Shown here in pieces: positions 25,600 to 38,247 of a DNA stretch of 64,000 bases. Under the pieces are notes generated by a model, which was not told where the DNA came from, ran no database searches, and worked only from the letters and a program-made list of their open reading frames with translations. Position 1 is the stretch's first letter, and the number at the start of each line of letters is the position of its first letter. A program made the position numbers and the translations under genes. The stretch is from Octopus bimaculoides (Eukaryota): NCBI RefSeq assembly GCF_001194135.2, contig NC_068987.1, positions 61,581,419 to 61,645,418 of the forward strand, in the 5' to 3' direction.

Positions 25600-28500
25600 A
25601 GTATTAACAAAAGTTTTGGTTTATTTATTTTTTTAAAGGAACTACAAGATAGGAAATACAAACTGGAATCTACTCAGCGTGAATTACGTGCTCATTTGAA
25701 CTCAGCTGAAGAACAACTACAGCTTGGTAAAATAGAAATTCAAAATCTACGCAAACAAAATGTGTCGATGGATGCAAAACTTCACGAGCAGGAGAAACTC
25801 ATCAACCAACAATGTACTCGCATTGCTGTTATGGAACAGGAATTGAAAGACAAGGAACAAGTGTTGGCTAAATCTTCTGATCTTTTAGGTTCAGAGCAAG
25901 ACCAAAAGGTAGGAGAACTGTTCTTTAGAAAACAAACAAAAGTAGTGCATGGAAACAGTTAATTGAATTTATTCCAGGGTATCACAGCTTCCTATTTTTA
26001 TTGACTCCTCCCCAACTTCCTACCATGTTAATGAAGGATAAAATCAGTAATATCATTAATATAGTTTGTGAAGGCACATGGCTCAGTGGTTAGAGCATCG
26101 AGCTTACGATCGTGTGGTTGTGAGTTTGATTCCTGGACTGGGCTGCGTGTTGTGTTCTTGAGCAAGACACTTTATTTCATGCTGCTCCAGTTCACTCAGC
26201 TGTAGAAATGAGTTGCGACGTCACTGGTGCCAAGCTGTATTGGTCTTTGACTTCCCTTGGATAACATCGGTGGCATGGAGAGGGGAGGCTGGCATGCATG
26301 GGCAACTGCTGGTCTTCCATAAAAACAACCCTAGGTTGTGTGTTCACTGGTGAGGCGACTTTCCGCTCAGACTTGTACCCCGGAGGGGAACCTCTTAGGT
26401 GCACCCATGGTCATTCGTGACTGACAGAGTCGAGTTTCCAGTTAGTTTGTTACATATTGAATAGTTTACATCCATTTATCCTTCATTCTATGATCAAAAA
26501 GGTTCCAGTCATGACCATCCCATTTGTTTTTTTTTAAATAGGATTATCTTCTTGTTTAAGTAAGTAGGATTTGATTTGAAGGAGATTTCATTGTTTGTAT
26601 TTAGAGGCTTCCTGATTGAATCATAAACACCATTGTAAAACTGATTCATTGGTTTGCAATGTTGAATTTATTCCTTCTTTTAGAAAAACCAATTTGTAAT
26701 AGACCAGTATCCTTTTTGGTAGGCATTTCTTTTACATCGAATTAACCTTATGGAGACTGGAGTTGAGCATTAGTTGTATGGATCCTTCTGATCTAAAAAA
26801 AGATTAGCTTTCTTTTTTCTTTTTTTTTTTTGTCCAATTAATAATCTATCTTATGTAATTTCAGAAAAGATATGAGGAGGAATTTGAATTAAAGCAGCGT
26901 GAAATTTCAAAGCTGGAAAATAAAGTCAAAGCAATATCTGTAGAAGTAAAGAAAGGCAATGAGATAATCCGTAAACTACAGTCAGAGAACAAGAACTATC
27001 ATGCCAAAGTAAGTGTCTTTTTTAACTGTAGGAGTCCTGGTTAGTTATTTGTATATGGATTGGGATCCTAGAATTCTTCTAAGTTTAGAATTCTTTTAAG
27101 TTTTTACAACTCATAATGGTTTGTTTTTCTGAACTTTTTGGCTGTTTAAATCTTGAACATCTTAAAGCCAACACTTTGCAATTTTGCTCCATTGTTACCA
27201 TTGGGTATAGTTTTTTGTGAAAACATGAAAATGAAGTTATGTGTGAGATCTATGAGGTACATGATAATCTTGATGATTTTTAGCTTCTGACTTCCAGACA
27301 TGTAGCCCTGCTTAGTTGTATAAATAGACTCTTTATTTTGAATATGACACTATACTCTTGTAATGCAAGTAAATAGAAATAAATAAGAATACTTTGTAAG
27401 GTGTTAGGCATGTGCAGAAATGGAATTTATTAATTGTTACACTAAGTACAAATGGATTATGAGTTCAGGCCTAATGCAGGTGTTCTAATGTTTTTCTGGG
27501 CAGAACACTTTGATTATGTCTTGCAAATAAGTCATCTCTCTCCAAAACTATTGACCATGAACAGTGATTTCAGTTATGAAAAATATAATGGCAAGAGTAC
27601 ACTGGTATATAGAATATAATTATCTGAAATTGCAAGGAGTTAAGAGCAAATGAATAAAGACTATGCTGCAGAGTCGGATTACTGGCAACTTGATCACACT
27701 GGCTTGCTTGACTTCATGCTCTTGCTTGATGGGGCTGGGTGGGTCATCCCAGGTTAGTGGTCCTGGAGTCGTCATCATGTGTAGAGCTGACCAGGTCCAC
27801 CAGTGCTTTCTATTCCTGGCAGTCTTGTGTTAGCCTCTCTGCATCCTCTAAAGTGACGTGTAGTCTCTGGAGGTCTTCCTCAATCATGTCCAGCTATCTG
27901 GTTGGGTTGGGGTGGGGGCATCCTCCAAACTTCTTCCAGCCTGCAACTGCTGCATTGAATGAGAGTAAAGCCCTGGTATTCTAAATACAAATTGTTTACT
28001 ACACTAGGGCATATGTACTCTAGTTGTAAACTTACCATCATTCTGTGGGACCTACACATAGAAGAGAGCTTGCTATGTTCATGTCACAACTACACTCATA
28101 TTGAGAACCTACCGCCATCCTTACAGCACCTACTCTTACAGCAGGACTTTGTCACAATCTCATGGTACCTGCACACACAGTGGGATTTTACAACATCCTG
28201 ATCAGTATAAAGTCATTTACTGATATGCTCCAGCTTTTTGCTCTCTAGCATACTGTATCTGTCTCTGCTGTTTTTACTACTACTATTATGGCTTCTGCTC
28301 CTTTTAGCTGTCTGGGCTTATGCCACCTCCTCTCATGCCAGTCTACTCATCTTTCTCCCTCTCATCACCCTTGTGTGTCCTACTGTCTAGGCTTTGTATT
28401 AAGTACTATACCTGGTCCTTCCTTGCCAGAATATCAGCTCCCTGGAACTTTCTCCTTGCTTGTGTCTTCCCTGAAGTGTTAACTTGCAACTTTTCAAGAG

Positions 28501-29003
28501 AACCATTAATGGCATCAATCTTAATGGTTTCTTAGAGCCTGCATTGCCTATTCCTCCAGATCCTACCAGTAGAAAAAAAAATCATAGGCCGTGATAATAA
28601 CTACTTACAATAAATACAACCACCAAATCCAGTATATCAAGATTTTTTAACTTCATGTTTTACTGTGTATACCATGAAAACACCAATCCAGCATCCTTAG
28701 AGGATCTAGTATTGCAGTGAATACATTACATGTAAACTCTGCATGTGTGTGTGTGTTTTCCAGGTGAAACTCAGAAGCCAGATAGCTTCAGAACAGGAGA
28801 AGGTGATTTCCGAAAAAGATGATTTGATAGAGAATATGCAGGTAGAGTTGAAGACATTGAAAGAGAACTCAAGCAAGAAGGAAGATGAGGTTTGCATTTT
28901 TTTATCATTCACTTTATGAAAGCAAGAGATAATTACATGATGTGATTTTATAATTTCAGTATTTATACACTGGGAAGCATATTTATGATTATGTTATGAT
29001 AGC

Positions 29004-29037
<34 letters not shown>

Positions 29038-32000
29038 GTTTCTTGGTATAAATGTGAGAAATATAACTCAGTAACATAGTGTATATATATTTATAGCTAT
29101 GTTCTTTAGAAGGTTGCTTCCTTTCATATTCACTCCCAAATGAAGAGAAAACCCTTTGAATATGTTTTCTCCTGCATTGAGAAACATATCTCACTTCTCT
29201 CCTCTCCCAAATCATTGTCCTCAATGACTTCAATGCTCACAAATTTTCACAGCCTCTCAAACTTGTCCCTCACTGATGCTGCTGCATAGAAACCAAATCT
29301 GGTTTAAGTGTCAACGGAAAGTTCTCTGAGGTTACATGGCTGAGAGGTCTTTCAGCCTCTGTGTTTTCCTTCTCTAAATTGCTTTTTGCCGTAGTATTTA
29401 CCTAGCACTTATTTTAAAGCTTCTTATCACTAATCTGTGTTGGATTCTATGTTTATCATTTACATGAGAAAATAAGACCTTATTTCGTTTTTGTATGTGG
29501 TTTGCAAGATTCTTTATGTGAATTCGTGTGTTGAAGCATATTTTATTGTCTGGGGAGAGTCATTCTCTTTTAGTGCCTTATTAATTTAACACACTCACCG
29601 GTCTGAGTAAATGAGTGGAAATCAGACCAGTGAGTGTGTTAAATTAATAAGGCACTAAAAGAGAATGACTCTCCCCAGACACAATAAAATCTTAGTTCTT
29701 TACTTCCATCTAGCCGAAGTTTTCTCTGTGAAAGTATCAAGTTCTCTTTACAAAACAGTTTTAGGGACAAAATAAATAAAAGACTTTTAAATTGATATTG
29801 TTATTGCAAATTTAAATATATTTATATATTTTGTCTAAAACATTTTTTTCTTGTAATTTTTTTCTCATTCAGAATGAAAAACTCAAAACCAATTTAGAAA
29901 ATGTTACGAAAAAGTTAGAAGAATGTAATGAAATGCTGAAAACAAATGAGAATGGTATGTATGACTTGTTTGGCTATTCTTCATATCAAAGAGTAATTAG
30001 ATTTAATTTTAATTTGTTAGAAAATTCATATAATTGTCTGTTCAGTTAGGATATGCAATGACTTAGACATGTAAGACATTCAGTAAAGTCGTTGGCATTA
30101 GAAAAGGCATCCAACTATCAAAACCAAGCCAAAACAAATGACTGGGGCCTGGTGCAGCTCACCAGTTCTGGCCAAACCGTCTAACCCATGTCAGCATGGA
30201 AAACACGTTAAATGATGATGATAAATACTAATTTAATGTACATTAATATACATGAGAATACCTGCTCACCTCAGCTTAATTGTTATTGTTCTCCTTCTAG
30301 CTGAAGGGGTTTTTGCTTTGCAAGAGCCTTGTGCTGGTGCCATGTATAAAGCACCACTGCTTCTGTCACCTAAGAATTACTCATGCCAGTGCCATGTGCA
30401 AAGCACCCATGCTGGGCCAGGTAAAAGGCACTGAGCACACTTTGTAAAGTGGTTGGCATTAGGAGGGGCATTCAGCCATAGAAACCAAGCTAAAATCAGA
30501 CTGGAACCTGGTCCAGTTCTCCAGTTTGATAGCTCTGGTCAAACCATCCAACCCATGGAAAACAGACAGTAAACGGTGATGATGATGATAACATCCATAG
30601 GTCTATCAATTTGTTTGTGTGCCAGTTCAACCAACTAACTCTTTAGTGTTGTATACACAACATCTGGTTATGTATGTGTGGTGTCATGTATGCCATACAT
30701 CATTGTATGTACAGCATCTAATGTTGTGTTGGTGTCATTACTGTGTTCATCATCTAATATTATAAGTGCAATATCTGCTGTTGTATGTTCATCATCTATC
30801 ATTGTATGTGTATCCTCTGGTGTTGTATATGCATAATCTTTCATTCTGTGTGTATCATATATCATTGTATGTGCATCATCTATTGTTGTATGTACCACCT
30901 CTGGTGTTGTATGTGCAGTGTCTTTCACTATATGTGCATCATTTATCATTGTGTATGCTTCATCTGTCATTTTATAGTCTCTCTGGTGTTGTATGTGTAT
31001 CATCTAGTATCACATGTGCAGAATCTGGTGTCATACATACATCATTTATTGGTGTATATGTTTATCATCTGGTGTGGTGTGTGTATCATTTAGTATGGTA
31101 TGTGCATCATCTGATGTTGTATGCATACTATCTGTCATAGTACATATAACGTCTGGCATTGTATTTTGATCATTTATCATTGCATGTGCATCATTCAGTG
31201 TTGTGTGTATAGTATCACGTAGTATTGTATGTATGTATAGTATACATCGTCTAGTATTGTATGTATGGTATACATGTCTCTGCAGCATGCAGTGTTTGAC
31301 ATTGTGAAATGCTCTGTGTTGGTAAAACATTGCTAAAATCTTCTATTCTAGTGATTCAATGGCTCAACAAGCAAGTTAATGAAGTCCAGCTCTCTAATAG
31401 TGGCCGAACAACAACATTTGAAACTAGTCATAACAGCACCCAATCCACTGCAGGCAGTGGAGTCTTCAGAAATCATGTTGCTATGGCTGCAGTAAGTGCT
31501 TTTTTTTTATCTTATAATCATTATTATTATTATTTCATTTTTCATTTTTAAATATGCTTCAAATCCCTTGAATTGGGTTGTCATGGATTTCCTGTCACTC
31601 AATATTTTATTGATATTTAAGGGTACAAATTGGTAGAGAGGCCGTAGATGGCAAGATCAAATGTGCATGGATATTATAGTGTTTGTAAGGTGGTGAGCTG
31701 GTGGAATCATTGGCATACTGGGAAAATGCTTAGCAGCATTTCATCTGTCTTTATGTTCTGAGTTTAAATTCCACCTAGGTCAACTTTGCCTTTCACCCTT
31801 TCGGGGTTGGTAAAATAGGTACCAGTCAAACATGAGGGTTGATGTAATTGGCTTAACCCTTGCTCAGAATGTGCTGGCCTTGTGCCAAAATTTTGAAACC
31901 AGTATCATAGTGGGTTGTAAAGCGAAACATGACTGAAGCAGGTTACCAAAAGTAAGCTTTTTTTATCAAAGGCTTCTGTTTTTTTTAGTCAGGTAAACAA

Positions 32001-32479
32001 TTAGGACAGATTTATCTAACAAAAAGAGTCACCCCAAGAACATAGACATTAAATGAAAAATGATCCCAGTGTTCTACTGGTAACTATTTACACTATAATA
32101 TTTATATATTATTAGACAGATTTTTCAAATGCGTGTTAAATGTGTCTGTCTAGGTACTCAGCACGGTACTAGCGAGGAGTGTCAACCTGTAAATTGACAC
32201 CCTATAAACCAGCTGCCTCTCTTTGTTATCTTATGAAAAGCTAATGATATTTTATTACTCTCTTTTACTCTTTTACTGNNNNNNNNNNNNNNNNNNNNNN
32301 NNNNNNNNNNNNNNNNNNNNNNNNNNNNNNNNNNNNNNNNNNNNNNNNNNNNNNNNNNNNNNNNNNNNNNNNNNNNNNNNNNNNNNNNNNNNNNNNNNNN
32401 NNNNNNNNNNNNNNNNNNNNNNNNNNNNNNNNNNNNNNNNNNNNNNNNNNNNNNNNNNNNNNNNNNNNNNNNNNNNNNN

Positions 32480-32531
<52 letters not shown>

Positions 32532-35186
32532 TACGACGGGCTTCTTTCATTTTCCATCTACCAAATCCACTCACAAGGCTTTAGTCGACCCGAGACTATC
32601 GTAGAAGACACTTGCCCAAGGTGCCATGCAGTGGGACTGAACCCGGAACCATGTGGTTCGTAAGCAAGCTACTTACCACACAGCCACTCCTGCGCCTATA
32701 TCTTTTTTCTATTTCATTATTTCAGCCAGGATTTCTGCCTTCCAATTTGAATCCATCCTCAAGATATCCAACCCAGGACGTCAACAACATAGCATCTCAA
32801 GTACATTTAACCAAAAGCCAAAATATCAGTTTAAAACCTCAGGTATTAAACAGCTTGATATTCTTTCTCTGTAACTCATGTTCTGGTTTCTGCTGTTTCC
32901 ATTGTGGCCATGCTGAGGTACTGCCAACAATAAAATATAATGTGGAATATCTAATCAGTGGTTTGAGGCAGTGAATGGGCAGAATTGTTAGTCTGTTGGG
33001 TAAAATGCTCAGTGGCATTTTGTCCGTCTTTATGTTCTGAGTTCAAATTCCGCCGAGGTCGACTTTGCCTTTCATCCTTTGTGGGCTGATAAAAAACAAG
33101 TACCAGTGGAGTATCCACTCCACTGAAGTTACTGGTCTTGTGCCAAAATTTGAAACCAGTGTCACAGTGGGTGTTACTTTTCAACCTGGGTCAGCTTTGA
33201 TTGAGTAAATTTGTTATCTATGACATTCTAGCTGTTATCATATTTTTTTTCAGGTATTCTACCACTTGGGCTACATTATTCAGTATCTCCTACTTCTTTT
33301 CTCAAGATGGTAGCTAGTGATTTGGGGTGATTTTAGCTGCTATTTCTCCCAGAGACTTCCTTGTTGATTGGATGTTTGTAACTATTTTCATTCAGTTATT
33401 TTGTTTTTGGAATGGATGAGACTGCATGTAAACTTATACATTGCAAGTCATCCTTTCTGTCTTGTATTGTTTGGACACCATATTTTCTTTTACTGAAGAT
33501 GAATTTTTAAATCAAATTTCTAATTAGAATCTAATCAACTCCTGTGTCTGCTCAACATGCCAGTTTAACACTGTGGGTCAATGTAATTGAATTAGATTGA
33601 TCCTGCTGATGGTGTAAAACACTTGTGATGGTGCCATGTAAAAGTGCCTGTGTGGTACCTTGTAAAAGCACCTGTGCAGTGCCACATAAAAGCACCCGTG
33701 TGGTGCCATGTAAAAGCACCCAACACAAATGTAAAGTGGTTGGCATTAGGAAGGGCATCCAACTGTAGAAACCATGCCAAATCAGACTGGAGTCTGGTGC
33801 AGCTCTCTAGCTTGGCAGCTCTGGTCAAACCATCCAACCCATGCCAGCATGGAAAACAGACATTAAATGATGATGATGATGACATTCTTTTGTCATGTTC
33901 ATCGACTTATTGGTCTGGATTCATATCCCTATTTTCTGATTTGTTTATTTTCTATTCTTTGTGAAGCTGCTTCTTTTTTTCCTTCATGACCATTTTCTGT
34001 AATTATTCATGTTGAGTCAAGGTGGTGAGCTGGCAGAATTGTTAGCATGCTAGATAAAACGCTTCGTGATATTTCGTCTGTTTTCATGTTCTCAGATCAG
34101 ATTCGGCTGAGGATGACTTTGCCTCTCATCCTTTCAGGGGTCGATAAAATAAGTACCAGTGAAACACTAGGGTTGATGTAATTGAATTGTCCTCTCCTAC
34201 TAAATTTCAGGCCTTGTGTCTTTAGTACAAAGAATTATTATTGCTGAGTCAAGGTAGTTAGCTGGTAGAATTAGTAGCATGCCAGGCGAAATACTTGGTA
34301 ATATCTCATCTGTCTTTATGTTTTGAGTTCAAATTCCACTGAGGTTGACTTTGCCTTTCATCCTTTTGGGGTTGATGAAATAAGTACCACTTTAACACTG
34401 GGGTCAATATAATCGACTTGCATCCAGCCCTAAACTTGCAGGCCTTGTGCCAAGATTTGAAACCATTGTTGTAGAGTTGCCAGTTCTTTCCAAGTAGATC
34501 CTATATCACTCAAACAGGCTAAGCAATTTACAGGACCTGTGATACATCTATGTAATCTAGAATCCTGTTATAGACACACCATCATTCTAAGTGATGGTGG
34601 CACCAGCTTCTGATTCGATTGTTACTGAATAACATCAGCATGTTTTCATTGCACCAGCACTAGTGAGGCTGTCTTGCAGCTCACAAGACTGAGGCTCCCT
34701 TTGACTGAGTGGAACTGTAGTTAAATGGGAGGTAGCTTTTTGTTAAATGATGAGAGGTAAATAAATATGAGAAATTATTTTTTACTGAATCTCAGATTTG
34801 CAACCAAGTGAACCCTGGCAGAATTTGAACTCAGAATGTATAGATGGATGAAATGCCACAAAGGATTTTGCCCTGCAGGCCAACAATTCTGTCAGCTTGC
34901 TGCCTTGCATAATAATAATAATAATAATTATAATGGTTTCAAATTTTGCTACAACGGCAGCAGTTTTGGAGGAGGGGATGAGTCGATTACATCAATCCCA
35001 GTGTTCAACTGGTACTTATGTTATTGACCCCAAAAGTATGAAAGGCAAAGTCGATCTCAGCAGAATTTGAATGCAGAATGTAGTGATGGGCAAAATACTG
35101 CTAAGCATTTCATCCAGCATGCTAACGATTCTGCCAGCTTGTCACATTAATAATAATTATAATAAATAATAATAATAATAACAATA

Positions 35187-35230
<44 letters not shown>

Positions 35231-35402
35231 CAATAAATAATAATAATAATAATAATAACAACAATAAATAATAATAATAATAATAACAACAATAAATAAT
35301 AATAATAATAATAATAACAACAATAAATAATAAAAATAATAACAATAAATAATAATAATAATAATAGCAATAAATAATAATAATAATAATAACAACAATA
35401 AC

Positions 35403-35458
<56 letters not shown>

Positions 35459-36990
35459 GTGGTGGTGGTGGTTATGGTGACAATATTGGTAGTTGTTTTA
35501 GATAGTGATGCTGATAATGGCTGGTATTTGATGATGACAGTAGAAAAAATAAATAATGGCAGTTGGTGGTGGTGGNNNNNNNNNNNNNNNNNNNNNNNNN
35601 NNNNNNNNNNNNNNNNNNNNNNNNNNNNNNNNNNNNNNNNNNNNNNNNNNNNNNNNNNNNNNNNNNNNNNNNNNNNNNNNNNNNNNNNNNNNNNNNNNNN
35701 NNNNNNNNNNNNNNNNNNNNNNNNNNNNNNNNNNNNNNNNNNNNNNNNNNNNNNNNNNNNTATATATATATATATATATATATATATGCTAATTAATGCA
35801 TTTCAATGATGCTCCTTGTTTACACATCGCTGTTTCCAAAATTTCATGCCTAAACGTTGGCTTTATATTTACCATGTTATTAATTATCTACTTCTCTAAA
35901 AACAAACCTGTTCTAATTATTTCCACATATTATTTACATTCAGTTAGCTTAGTTCCTGTGTGTTGAGTGTTTGTTTATTCATTATTTATTTTCCTGTCTG
36001 TTTTATGATCAATAGCTAGTTTAGCTAGTCGAATTTTTTGGGGGTCTTCATATATATATATATATATATCGTAATTGAACCATACTCGATGACTGGCACC
36101 TGTCTGAGTATGTTCATTGCCAGAGCAGCTGTCTGGCTTCCGTGCTATGGCCTGTAAATAACACCATTTGAGTGGAATCGTTACCAGCGTCACTTTCTAG
36201 CACTTGTGCTGGTGGCACGATAGTAAATCATTCCAGTGAGGTTGTTGCTAGTGCCGCTGGACTAGCTCCCGTGCAGGTGGCACGTAAAAAAACACCTTTT
36301 TGAGCGTGGCCGTTGCCAGTACCGTGTGACTGGCCCTCGTGCCGGTGGCACGTAAAGACACCCACTACACTCTCGGAGTGGTTGGNNNNNNNNNNGACTG
36401 GCCCTCGTGCCGGTGGCACGTAAAGACACCCACTACACTCTCGGAGTGGTTGGCGTTAGGAAGGGCATCCAGCTGTAGAAACTCTGCCAGATCAGATTGG
36501 AGCCTAGTGCAGCCTGCCTACTCACCAGTCCTCAGTCAAATAGTCCAACCCATGCTAGCATGGAAAGCAGACGTTAAACGATGATGATGATGATGATGAT
36601 GATGATGATAAATATCTTATAATTCACTCATTGGACTGTGACTGTGCTGAGGTACCATCTCAAACAGTTTAGTTGAGCAAATTGGCCCCCGGCACTTATT
36701 TGTTTTTGTTTTTTTTTTCTCATCTGGTTCTGATTCCCTTAGTCTTTTGTCAAGACACTAAGTTATGTGGATGTAAATAAAACAAATACTCCTTGTTAAG
36801 TGGTGGAATTGAGGATGCATACACAAAGGTCATCATCATCATCGTTTAATGTCTGCCTTCCATACTGGCATGGGTCGGATGGATACAAGAGGAGCTGGCC
36901 AGGCAGGAGCCTGCACCAGACGTCTGTATCTGTTTTGGCAGGGCTTTTACGACTGGATGCTCTTCCTAACACCAACCACCCAGCTGAGTG

Positions 36991-37027
<37 letters not shown>

Positions 37028-38200
37028 TTAACAGAAGTAACAGAGTGACTCAAGGTCTGAGAGTTTCATGCATTGGCATTTATCAAACTAGTCTCAGCTC
37101 AAAGGCCTGTAGATTTATTTAGCTGTTGATAAATAAAAAAAAATACACACACATATATGTATATTCTTTTACTTGTTTCAGTCATTTGACTGTGGCCATG
37201 CTGGAGCACTATTAGGCTTACAAAGAATAAGTTCTGGGGTTGATTTGTTTGACTAAAGGCAGTGAACCAGCATGGCCACAGTCAAATGACTGAAACAAGT
37301 ATCCTTTCTACTATAGGCACAAGGTCTGAAATTTGGTAGGTGTGGGGCTAGTCGATTACGTTGACCCCAGCTTTTAACTAATACTCATTCTGTCGACCCC
37401 AAAAGGATGACAAGTACAGTTGACTTTGGTGGAATCTGAACACAGAACATAAAGACAGATGAAATGCCTCTAAGTATTTTGTCTAACATGCTAACAATTC
37501 TGCCATCTCACCACCTTAGCAATGATAATAATAATGATTATGGTTTCAAATTTTGGCACAAGGCCAGCAAGTCTGGAGAAGTGAGTAGGTTGATTACATT
37601 GACCCCAGTGCTCAACTGGTAACTTATTTTATCGCCCCCACAAAAAGATGAAAGGTAGAGTTGATCCTTGCAGCATTTGAACTCAGAACATAAATTAAAA
37701 GAAATGCTGTGCCACCTTCAATAATAATAATACTAATAATAATCCTATCTATAATAGGCAAAAGGCCTGAAATTTTGAAGGAAAGGGCTCCAGTGCTTGA
37801 CTGGTCCTTATTTTATTGACCTTAAAAGGATGAAAGGCAAAGTTATTGAAAAACTTTTACTTGAATTTATGTTGATATAAACTAGAAAGTGTTGCTTACA
37901 TTCAGCTTTAAATGTTCAATCGTTGATCTAGCTTGGTTTCTTTTCTTTAGGTTCAGTATAATGGCATAGCCTCTCGGAGATTAAATATTGCACAGCCAAC
38001 CCAAAACAGAGTCATATCACCAATTGCGGAAGATTGTAGACCCCCCTGCCAGCCAGGCGCTCTCATCGAGGAAAGCTCTCCAATTTTGGCTTCATCAAGA
38101 GAACCAGAAAAGTATGTTTGTGAATTATATCATTTCAATTAGAATTTCAGATAATTCTATGTATTTGGAAATATATGTATGCATGCATACACACACACAC

Positions 38201-38247
<47 letters not shown>

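Larger units (their letters stand above)
13715..36395. other. Assembly gaps: 13715-13724, 14445-14764, 15773-16573, 32279-32479, 35576-35760, 36386-36395
   Basis: Runs of N; the four long gaps adjoin (TA)n or (CA)n tracts and the two 10-N gaps lie inside repeat copies. Confidence 0.99.

Noticed and set aside
25564-25638. Poly-Met N-terminus on the ORF containing SAS-6 exon 25639
   Set aside because: It is the (GAT)n tail of a family A repeat that happens to be in frame; the acceptor at 25638 defines the exon.
26069-26145. tRNA-like sequences (also 54830-54900, 7404-7475, 6717-6800)
   Set aside because: A/B-box heads continue into repeat bodies, lack a complete acceptor stem and occur in many diverged copies: SINEs, not tRNA genes.
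33254-33313. Cryptic or poison exon after a T8-CAG acceptor in a SAS-6 intron
   Set aside because: Frame 0 stops after 19 codons, there is no SAS-6 similarity, the donor is weak and the 3' part is repeat-like.
33610-33740. CRISPR-like repeat array
   Set aside because: Units are contiguous degenerate modules of a LINE 3' UTR without unique spacers; eukaryotic context; no cas genes. The same applies to the 21-bp minisatellite.
35122-35398. Poly-Leu/Ile/Tyr hydrophobic ORFs
   Set aside because: Translations of the (AAT)n microsatellite, not membrane proteins.
36330-36450. Exact repeat of about 55 bp on both sides of a 10-N gap
   Set aside because: Looks like unmerged contig overlap rather than a real tandem duplication.
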